Part shown: positions 1 through 10,413 of the stretch, piece after piece
How the letters are laid out: each line of letters starts with the position of its first letter
How positions within the stretch are numbered: the first letter of the stretch is position 1
The notes under the pieces: model-generated
The model's input: the letters and a program-made list of their open reading frames with translations, nothing else
Told to the model about the DNA's origin: nothing
Database searches by the model: none
Translations under genes and position numbers: made by a program
Origin: Tubiluchus corallicola
Lineage: Eukaryota; Animalia; Priapulida
Assembly (NCBI GenBank): GCA_030141605.1
Contig: JAQGDQ010000179.1
Location: 310,001 to 374,000 of the forward strand
DNA length: 64,000 nucleotides
Reading direction: 5' to 3'

Positions 1-219
1 TTGAAAATGGTGGGCATTTAAAGCACTTGCTGTAAATTTATTAACAGTGAAGTTTTTTCTGGCCTTAGTTTTTTGACTTGTTGACTTAAACTTCTGTGCC
101 TTTGGAGAAATCTAAGAGAAGTGTATTTAACATCGTTGCGGTCATTTTCAAAAGACTCTGTTATTTTCTTCTTGTAATACATCTCTTTGAACCACCTGAT
201 ATATACTGATTTGCCACAG

Positions 220-296
220 ACAAGAAATTGGTGACCTACCACAACATCCCAGCATCTTGCATCTCCCTAAAAATATCTTCCAGGGACGGGAGGGAG
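220..296 (+). CDS. Possible upstream CPEB exon
   Basis: cag acceptor at 217-219 and strong GAG|GTAAGA donor at 297. Open frame QEIGDLPQHPSILHLPKNIFQGREG ends in phase 1, compatible with the exon at 1100. No homology support recognised. Confidence 0.25.
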
Positions 297-1099
297 GTAA
301 GATCCAGAATTTAAACAATTGACAACTATTGTGTCATAGAAGCAGGTTTTGTCCTGCAATGTGTTGAGTGCTGATGGTGGGTGGCAACGTTTGGGCATGG
401 CCCGCAATGACTCTGGGATCACCCAAGGTCATAAACATATAATTTGCAAGACAACAATTTGAAAACAAGTTAGCATTTGGACTTTTTCTAGTTCACTTCT
501 GCATCAATTAGCTGCACCATTATAGTAGACCAAAAAGGGAACATTTACCATTTTACTTCTCAAGGTTACCGAAATTTCGCCCAGAGCATATTAACGACTT
601 TCACTAGCTTTCACAATAACAAAACAGTTTTTTAAGTTGAGATAAAATAAAAATTCACTTTTCATGTTTATGTAGAATTCACCACATTTTATATAAAAAG
701 CCTGGATAGTTTTGAAATACACTGCCTGCATAAGTCTGCACTTGAGTACTTTCAATAAAATTACTCTTAAGATCAATATCCAGGGCTTCACAGAGCGAAC
801 ATCACATCAGAACTTTATTTCACTTTTAACAGTGTTGAGACACCTCTGTCAGTTCAGTGGCTCATCTTAGAGAGATAACCTTGAAGATGAGCCAGGTGCC
901 AGTCTCACCACAATCACTTTGTTGACTAGGTTCTGATTTTGAGTCCTGGATTCAAGCTTCTGCAAAGTGTATAAAAAATGTTAATCGCCTACATGAAGAA
1001 AATTTTGTTATTGGTATGCAGTACAAAAAATATTTATATAGCTTTGTTAAGGGCGAATTCTTAAAAATTCTGTTAATTGATGATAAACCTTTCTTGCAG

Positions 1100-4000
1100 A
1101 AAATTTGGTGACATCGCTGCTACATCATGCTCAGTTGGGTTCCCAGCCTCAGTGTTCACCACCATACAGCTGCAGCCCGTATGCTGGTCTGTTTTCTCCT
1201 TCAAGCCAGTAAGTACACTTGAAAATTGAAACTGCATTTATAAAATGTAGGCCAATTTAAGTGAATTTTTATTTTTTTGCTACTTATAATCTTCTGTATT
1301 ATTATTAGGGGGAAGTCATTAAACTGCTTTAGACCTAATTTTTAAACTATAATTACATCTTGTGAGAAGTGAAATTGCTAATGTTTTATCTGAGGTTGTT
1401 TTCTTTTTGATACTAATTGTACCATACACTTTACTGTAACTAGAATAATGTTAGTAGATGTACTGTGTAAACTAATGCTATAGGCCTAATCTTGTTAGAC
1501 GTAAATTTGTAGTAAATACGGGTAGTCATCGACTTATGACGGTTCAACTTTACGACCCAACCGCAGTTTGATTATAATTAATTTATTATTGCTATCTGCT
1601 TCGATAAATTCTTCCATAGGTGCAGCTTTACTTGGTGCATGTACACACTGAACTGTAACTGGATCTCATTTTTTACTTTCATATTACAGCAGCGACTATG
1701 GAAGTGGATCTGGTAACGTGTCCATGGATTCCCTGTATAACCGAGCGATCCTTCCATTCTCTCCGCAGCAGCAAGATCCACGTTATAACTCTTCTCCAGA
1801 ATCCGATACGAGCGCACTGAGTGGTTGCTCCAGATACAGTTCACCTGCAAAGACTAGCAGCACAATTGAAAACTCAATTTCTGAATTGCTGGTATGGCTA
1901 TCGTTTTGCTAAACTTATGAACAGGAATGTTACTGAAATTAAATTACGAACTGAAATTAAAACTGAAATTTATGAAACACAGAAAACCGATACCGAACCG
2001 AACTGAAAAAGAAAAAATTCTGAAATAAGTAATATACGTTGTTTTTGCTTGTTTGCTATGTCAAAAAATAAACAATTTCTTTGTAAATATTTTGTTACTT
2101 ACATTTCATAAATAATAAAAATTAAACTTGGTTTTGCTCAACTTGCACTTCTACATTTCAGTTGTATGTGCCTAGAGACCATAAAGCTTTATGGTTGCTA
2201 GCACTGAGGATATGACATATTGCCGTAAAAAGCTGACTTTAGCATTTGCACTACACAAAATTTTTGTTTTATTGAAACTATTTTAGCTAAATATGTTAAA
2301 TGATTTTTACAATATTTCATTAATTTTGAGCTTTAATTTCCTTTTGATAATTAATTACTATTTTAATCTTAATATCAAAATTATTATTAACAATGGCATA
2401 ACTGAATTTTGAAACCAAACTTTGAAAAACAGGAAACGGATTGAATTTAAACCAGGGACTTTCTGCTTACAAGGCAAATGCTAAACTATCTAGTGATCAT
2501 GACAGTCTAAAGTTTATCCTCATCTGATTTGCTATATTTACTCTTAGCATTTTTTCCTGTAATGGAGAACACCAGAGTTGGCCCAGGTGATTGGCAGGGA
2601 TGCAAGTTAGTTGCCATGATTTGCCATTTCTCTCAGTTAAATGTATATTCTCACAAGGGGAGTATAACATTCGAGATCTGGCTTGTTGCATAATTAATTA
2701 TTAAATGTAGGCATGTTACGTTTGTGAGAAATATCCTTTTGGTTTGTCTCTACTTTTGTGAATGAATGAGTAATTCTGTACCATGATGGGTTAACAAGTT
2801 ACTTATTTCAGGGAAATCTGAGCCTTGGTTCAATTATTTCGCCTGCTCCGCCTGTGCATCCTCCACAGAGCAGAGCCATACGAGGCGCTTCTGTTGCCAA
2901 CGAACGTGCCAATCCATTCCAGGGTGTACAAACTACTTATAACAACGTATCTGCCGATCGTCGATGGGCCAGTCTTACCCAGCTGTTCAGTGCAGCAAAC
3001 CACGATCCTTACATTTCTGCTAAACTTTATCGCAATGCAGCTTGTAAGTAATTACTGTTATCTGAGCTGATAGCTTAGAAACACTACCTAAATATTTTTT
3101 ATGTATGGTTGCATAAATGGTCCAAGCATTTGGATTTCTTAATTAAGCGTCTCGTATTTTTTCCGCAGAGGATGTATGCCATTTGGCCCATTGAGTTTAT
3201 TTTACTGCTGTGACTAAGCTTGGAAAAGTATAATAACAAATTCTAATAATAATTTATAATTATTATAAATATAATATTTAAATATAAATATAATATAAAG
3301 TATAATAATAAAATATATAACAAAGAAATTTGCAGAGAAACTAACTATCTTCAAAGCATAAAACTAGTTTATATTAAAATTATACTGTATTAAAATTACC
3401 AGTGTGCGTTCAGAACTAACGCTTACTTGAAAATTATGACCTTACTGACGGGTTTTTCATAAGCACATCCTGGCTCTTCGTAAACGCATGTCATTTGAAC
3501 TAATTCGAACTTTTGCAACTATCTAATTTTACTCAGAAATATCACAAGCTAACTGTGAAATTTATAAATGATCATACTACAAAATACAGTAACACAAAAT
3601 TAGCTATCTATTTTTTATAGAAGCTTTTCAAATTTTTCCCATCAGTGTGCATTCTTAAACTGCTTTTATTTAGTTAGTTGCCCAGTCACTGGCATTGATG
3701 TCACTGGTTGAAAAAAATGAGCATTCAAAATGAATATGTCTACAGCACAGCTTTGAAGTGATTTTGCTAATTAAACTAGGCATTTGATACCAATTTTGTA
3801 AAACTGTTCATTTAGAAGCAACAGAAATACCTTTAATTGCAGAACACTTTTTTGTAAATCATTTTGACTACTGCTAATTTTTTCATTGTTCGTTACTTAA
3901 ATTGTTGCCCTAAGGTTGCTGTAAAGTTAGTTTTCATTTTTAGCTATTTGTGAGGCTACTTGCACTTGGAGTGGTCAACTACCACCTAGGATATGTAAGA

Positions 4001-7000
4001 ATCCCACTTATTCTTGCAAAGTGTTTCTCGGTGGCGTTCCATGGGATATTACAGAGGTGGGATTACAAAACGCATTCCATAATTTTGGGCCGATAAAAAT
4101 TGAATGGCCTGGCAAGGATAATAAACATCCTAGGTATCCACCAAAAGGTAATAAAAGTTTATGCTAAATTCCAACTTGTTGTCAAACTCACTTTTTGTTT
4201 TGCATCGCTTCATTTTTTCCACCGTTTTTCTTCCAGGAACGGAATGAGGCGTACCTGACGAGTATCAATACCAATGTTGTTTAAATTCTGTACTTTCGTG
4301 GGATGTTAAATGTCAAACTAATCCACCGCTTGTAGTGATGAGACTGATTGATCGATGTAATCGATTTAAACTTTTATTTAGTATCAAGATTATTTTTCAG
4401 CTGCCGATAGAAATCGAAGACATTACCATTACCATTTTTAGCCAATTATTCAGAAAATCCACATAAATAGTATCAAAAATAGTCATCTTTGAGGCAAAAT
4501 CTAGCAATATGGCACTACCTTTGTGCAGTAGCTTAGCACATTGGCATCACTACTTGGGTGCGAAGTTTTCTCAACACTACCAATTATGATCAATTATTGA
4601 ATCTTATCTGATTGACAAACTGTACAATTGTAAACAATATCCCACCACTAAGTGCTGGTGTTGTTTAGTAATATCGAATTTTTTTGTTCTTTTGAATAGC
4701 TGGATATGTGTACATTTTGTTTGACAATGAGAAATATGTGAAGGCATTACTGCAAGCCTGTACGCATGACTTCAGTCAAGGTGGCGACTGGTATTTCAAG
4801 ATATCAAGCCGCCGAATGAGATGCAAAGAGGTAATTATAAGAAAATTTAGTTCAGTGTGTTTCAGCAGAAACATTGTGGTAGAAAAATGCCGATGTTAAT
4901 ATATGGGAGGGTAAAAATGCCAAGTTATGTAGTAGGTAAGGTGGAGTAAATAGGTTTGGCATCCATTATCATAAATACTAATAGAAACAAAGATTATAGA
5001 CGGTTAATTATTGTAAAGGGATTATAAAGTGTGAATGTTAATTTGTTTTTATTCTCTTACAAGCAAATGTTTTCGGACCCATTTTGCTCCGAAATGCGTG
5101 TTTATTAGAGAACAAGGACCTTGATTTTGACTTTGAATAAATGATTTTATTTATAATCTTTGTGTCAAAATAATTGAGTTATGCAAATAAATTATATTTT
5201 TTGACATTGTTATGTCATAATGTAGACTCTAAATTCATTTTGACAAAATAACAAGCCTTGCTTGAATCATTCTACCTGGTGAGCTTTAATCATATGTTTT
5301 GTAATATGTAGCCTTGTTCCTGTTTATCTCTGCAAGTTAATTGTACTTCAAGCTGTTATTGTAGATGCTGGACTGCATTTCGTTGTGATTTGATCAGCAC
5401 ATTTTACCATATTTATACTCCACTGTTTCGTCTGGAATATCCTCTACTATCTATTACAGAATACTTTGAAATTAAAGCTTTCTGTATCAACTAAAGGTTT
5501 TACAGAAAATGTAACACCGCACTTTCAAATGCAATATCTTGTGCAGTGTAATTGATTTTCGGAATGTTTATTTGCTCAGACAATCAAACCAGTTCACCTG
5601 ACTCAAAAGCCAGAAGCTTCAGATAACCAAGATCTTGAGTTCGTGTTTTTGTATACTCTGTTTTCAGACATACTATTTTTATCAGGCATTAGTAGGTAAA
5701 TGATAAATCTGTCCTCTGGCACTAAACAAGATGGTAATTAGGCTTCTAACGGCGCATTTTTCCTCTGGTAGTAAACTGTAGCGAGTTATTGTAAGCTCTC
5801 TTACACTAACCTGCAAGTTATTTCGCACTAAAGTAGGCATATTAAGGAGTTTATTGTTTTAACAAGATATGATAATCTGTAAAACTAGAGATTTTGCAGT
5901 AAGGTCTGAACCTTTCATTCTGTTTACGTCAACTATTTCTATATTTTGTTATAAATCGGTTCTGAACAATTCCAGGTCCAAGTAATTCCATGGGTAATCT
6001 CGGACAGTAATTTTGTGCGCTGTCCCTCTCAACGTCTTGACCCTTCTCGCACCGTGTTTGTGGGTGCATTACACGGAATGCTCAATGCTGAAGGCTTAGC
6101 TCATATAATGAATGACTTGTTTGGAGGTGTGGTTTATGCTGGCATTGATACCGACAAGTACAAATATCCTATAGGTAGGTTAAGCTTTATCATACATACT
6201 TGAATGACGATGCTAAGAGACATCCTTGCTCTAAGCTGGATTGTCCTTTGGCTAGAACTGTTATGTTTTTTGCTTTGCTAATGCCTTTCCTTTCGATTAA
6301 ATAGTTTGGAAGGTCTGTAATTTGCAAGAAAACAGAAATTACTTTTGTGAGTATGAATACAATACAGCCTAACCTCTTTATACCGTCCACTTTGGAACAG
6401 GAAAAAAGTTAGTGTTATAGCGAGTTTTGCGTGTGTGTTAAATTTTGCCATAGATGAATCACAACAGTCAGGCAAGTGTACATAGTTTAGAGTCTTCAAT
6501 TTTAAAGGTTAATGGATTAGAGAAAAATGATTAAATCAGTCATTTTCCTTTTTCCACCAGGTGGTTCCCAGCGTAACGCTATTTTGGAGTGGCGTTGTTC
6601 TGGTAGGCGTACAATATGTCCAGCCAATCTCAGCCTTCTCTCTGCGACTATTTCCTGCAACCGCCTTGACTGCGCCTGCTGTATGACTACCACATTGGTA
6701 ACATGGTCACAATAGGAAAAAAACACCTTCTTCTGCCAAGCTGTTCATCTGCCACTGTTGTTACAGCTTCCTTGAATATTTTTCATTGTTCTTCAATATT
6801 GCTGGCTTGCAGTAGTAGTCGATTTCATTCTGGGTATTCCCATCTGGTGATCTCCATGTCTTCTTGTGGATGGTTTTGTGGGCAAAATAGGTGTTTCCAA
6901 TGCACAGTCCATTTAGATCGCACAACATCAGGAAATGCTCACCATTGTCGTTTGTTACTTGCGCTGATCCATGTGGCCCGATTACATGCTCCAGTCCGTG

Positions 7001-10000
7001 TCTGTTGCTGTCAATCTGTGCATTCATGTCACCCATGAAGAGAATGATGTCATGGCTGGGGATGTCATTCAGCACATCTTGGCATTGTTGGTAGAAATCG
7101 TCCTTAACTTGGTCATCTGCATCTTCAGTTGGTGCGTAAATGCAAACAATAGTTGTTTTCGCATGCCTTGATTGCATTCTGGCAGTTATTATCCTCTCAC
7201 TGACTGGGTTCCATCCTATCAATGTCTTTGCTGCCTCTTTGTTGAGCATCAGTCCAACACCTCTCTGGTGATCCTCTTCTGGTCCTGAATACAGAAAAGT
7301 TGTTTCTCCACTCTTGATATTTCCACTTCCTGTCCATCTCACTTCCATTAGACCCAAGATATCGAGCTGGTACTTGTTAAACTCCCGGATCACCAGGGCC
7401 ATTTTTCCTGTTTGAAACATTGTTCTTACGTTCCAGGTGCCAGTTTTTGTCACCTTTGTGGCACTCAGTATCGAGTTCTTCATCGGACGCTGGGCTTCCT
7501 CTCTGCTTTGACCCAGCATCGTCATAACATGGGTCGAACTTTCTGCCTTGTGCCGATTGTCAGTAGATTTGTTTCTGTCCGTTTCTGTAGCAATCGAAAG
7601 TTTTTACTGGGTAGGGGTGCTAACCCTACGCCAAACCCTTCTCCTCTCTCAGCCGGGCTTGGGACCGGCTATGGCGGAGTTGTTAGCCTACTGTACATGT
7701 AAAAAAGGCTAAGTCAAAAACTACAAATTTCTTGTTGGGATTTGCTTTGATTATTCTTAGCAAACAAGCAAGTATCACATTTCTTGTGTGAAAAAAGAAC
7801 TATGTGTTTTCTTGCCAGTTGCTATTATGACTGCATGGCCCATTGATAATATGATCAGAGCTGCCAATCCTTTGCTATTATGATTGTGCAATGTACAGTA
7901 CAGCAGCTTGCAAACAATCAAAACATGGTAACATTCTATATTTTACATGATGTCAGGTCAGTATCAGCAACTCAGTGGAGCGTAAAGCAGCCTCGCACAG
8001 TTGGTACATTAAGTCAAGAAGTGGCTAGCGTTAGTTGAGACTGTGGCGTTATCAATATTTTACATGTCAGGTCAGTGTCAGCAACTCAGTGGAGCGTAAA
8101 GCAGCCTCGCACAGTTGGCACATTAAGTCAAGAAGTGGCTAGCGTTAGTTGAGACTATGGCGTTATTTCTCCATTGAACATGTATATTATTTACCTGGCG
8201 GATGGCGAGCAACGGGAGGTGGCATAACGGGTTATTTTTATATACAGATTAATGCAGGCCCTGCGGTATGACGAGGGTGGATAACGAAGTTTGACTGTGT
8301 TGTGCTTGTAATTTATTTACAGGGTCTGGGCGAGTAACTTTCAATAACATGAAAAGCTACATGAAAGCTGTATCTGCTGCATTTATTGAGATCAAAACAC
8401 CAAAGTTTACTAAGAAGGTAAACCAACACTAGTATTTCATTTAATAATGGTATTCTTATCAGGCAAAGGAGAGGATGGTATGGTTTATTTACTTACTTAT
8501 TTATTTATTAGGAAATATTTAAACAAGATGAACTCGTTGAGCTCAACATATTCGTTTACAATAAGGTCATGAGGCAGCAAATTTTTAAAGTTTGTGTACA
8601 GTTGTAAAATACGATAATTTCAAAGGCAAAACACGTAAAAAATTTAAATATAATTAGATTATGGCTCTGACTGCCAGAATCTGGCACTCACAGGCATAAT
8701 CTGAATTAATTGATGTTATCGTTAGTTGCCAGCGAATTTGAGAAAAATATGAAAATAAAATACTCTAATTTACAAGTTTTGATCACGTTTTCAAATGTCG
8801 GTCAAAATAACTACTGTAAAAGAAAATTTCGGTATTTTGTTTTTAGCAATTATAATTTTATTGCTCATAAAGATCTGTGTAGGATTTCAAATTTATGAAT
8901 CTGAAAATGTTAGAGCTGACCGGCTAGCATTAGTCTGGCAAAATGGTTGTTTGAGATCATGACTCAAACTTACAAGAAAGTGGCTTAATTAATTTGACAG
9001 TTTGAGAAAGTCTTTGATAGGGAAGTATTTTAATAGAGAAGAACTAAATTACATGCCTAATCTTTTTCAACTCGTAGCATGTTACTCGTAGCAATGCAAC
9101 TCGTGGCAATGTACACTTGTACATTATGTATCACTTGTCATATTGTATCATATATTGTGCTACTTTCACAAAGGGGTGACTATACTGGCTCAGTCTGTGT
9201 GTATGTGAGTGTGTCTGTTACCAGTTTTTCGTGGCCCTGGAGTAATGTAGGAGGTTGGTGCTTTTACAGGGTAGTGGTCAGGGTTGGAGCCTAATTGACA
9301 TCAAACATATTGGTCCCGAAACACGAGGTAATGAACCGATTCTGCAGGCGTGTGAAAAATATGCACACTGATTGGACAGTCAGCAAAGCTTAACTGAGAA
9401 TGATTGACATTTTGTTTGACGCCAATTGACTTATGGGTCAGCCAGGGCAGATTTCATTTTTTTTTAAATTTTAGAGCCATATTTTTTGGGATTAAAAATA
9501 TACAAGCGCTGATAAACAATACATAACACAGTGATGTATTTTATTTAAGAACATGGAGAAAATAGAATCGGGTGAGATAAACTGGAAATGGATAATCTAA
9601 ATCATTGGAAATTTCAACAAACAAAATGGAAAATTAGGACTGGTATTTTGCTTACATATTATGTTTATGGGCAACTGGACGACAAGGTACCTGTGCCCCA
9701 TTACTGAGAACTCTTCTCATTTGAAAGACATTTTTACTTGTTTTTAATTTTAGCGCTTAAAGTAATGATTACTACTACTTATGAACACTGCCATTATCTC
9801 GATTTTGAAATATGCTGACATGAATGACAGTGGTGTCATTTATGCCCCAGGCAGGCTTTGCAGTTGCATGGTGACCGCGGATAGTGTGTCCTTGGTCGTG
9901 AAGAGCCGTTAAGATCGCCAAAGAAATGCATAATTACATTTATCACACCCTTTTGCCATATGAAGTCAATGAAGGAAAAATTAAAAGCAATTTGCTACAG

Positions 10001-10413
10001 TTTTGTAACGAATTTTGAAAAGCTGTACGTTTGAAAAAATTTTACCTATAATGACAGGGGCACACTGAATTATTTTCTAGTCCTGAGCTTCCCAAAGGCA
10101 TAGCTGTACTTATGTTTTGAAGTATCATATTACTAGGTTTATGTTAGCACAAGTTTAATAGCTTATGTGTGAAGGTTACTGCATGAAGTTTTATACACCC
10201 AATCGTTAACAGGTGCAAGTTGACCCTTATCTGGAAGATGCCATGTGTAGCCAGTGTCAGATGCAACCTGGTCCGTATTTCTGCAGAGAAACGATGTGCT
10301 TCAAGTATTTCTGTCGCAGTTGTTGGTTTTGGCAGCACACGTTGGAGACCTTGCGTGATCACAAGCCACTGATGCGCAACAGCAAGAACAGTGCCATCAC
10401 TGCTGGATTTTAA
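1100..10413 (+). CDS. CPEB1: Cytoplasmic polyadenylation element-binding protein 1 (CPEB1/Orb class), 5' end unresolved; 8 coding exons in window
   Basis: Phase-consistent GT-AG exons: 1100-1208, 1690-1891, 2812-3043, 3944-4147, 4700-4830, 5976-6174, 8323-8417, 10213-10413 (TAA). Translation contains CPEB1-type motifs [29 protein letters not shown] (RRM1), [34 protein letters not shown] (RRM2), [27 protein letters not shown] and the ZZ finger CSQC...CRETMC...CRSC...H...HKPL. The first two exons are less certain than the RRM/ZZ exons. Confidence 0.95.
6546..7681 (-). mobile_element. Internally deleted RTE-clade non-LTR retrotransposon (5' UTR, APE endonuclease, C-terminal tail; no RT)
   Basis: ORF 7525->6761 carries APE motifs TWNVRTM, LMEVRW, GVGLML, YAPT, GDMNAQ, NDNG, NTYF and [12 protein letters not shown]. 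Region 6726->6546 encodes the RTE C-terminal motif [32 protein letters not shown]. No RT motifs lie between them. Confidence 0.9.
7630..7688 (-). ncRNA. Twister ribozyme (type P1) at the RTE 5' end, probably inactivated
   Basis: Minus strand reads GGCUAAC^AA-CUCC-GCCAUA-GCCGG-UCCCAAGC-CCGGC-UGAGAGA-GGAG-AAGGG-UUUGGC: P2 CUCC/GGAG, P4 GCCGG/CCGGC, loop UCCCAAGC. The core GCCGGUCCCAAGCCCGG is identical to the rice twister core as recalled from memory. Confidence 0.85.
7938..8166. repeat. Tandem duplication of about 115 bp inside MITE copy A
   Basis: tattttacatg..tcaggtcagt.tcagcaactcagtggagcgtaaagcagcctcgcacagttgg.acattaagtcaagaagtggctagcgttagttgagact.tggcgttat occurs twice, nearly identical. 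Confidence 0.9.

Larger units (their letters stand above)
6365..8297. mobile_element. Tigger/pogo-like non-autonomous DNA element (MITE), copy A, interrupted by an RTE insertion at about 6546-7681
   Basis: Ends TA|CAGCCTAACCTCTTTATACCG ... GATAACGAAGTTTGACTG. Segments 6365-6545 and 7681-8297 align as the reverse complement of the element at 14445-15335. Confidence 0.8.

Noticed and set aside
833-935. Additional CPEB coding exon
   Set aside because: Stops occur in all frames from the obvious acceptor; it may be UTR, but this is unsupported.
1-3043. Q/N-rich prion-like domain as in Aplysia CPEB or Orb2
   Set aside because: Recovered exons contain only a QQQ tripeptide; the true N-terminus is unresolved or outside the window.
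4148-4260. Alternative donor or micro-exon equivalent to the vertebrate CPEB1 5-aa RRM1 insert
   Set aside because: The downstream donor a|gtttat is weak, and the ttccag| candidate near 4237 reads into TGA.
7560-7700. HDV-like (CPEB3-type) ribozyme
   Set aside because: No P3/L3 YYCHCG-type loop or nested double pseudoknot could be built; the sequence fits twister instead and is antisense to CPEB.
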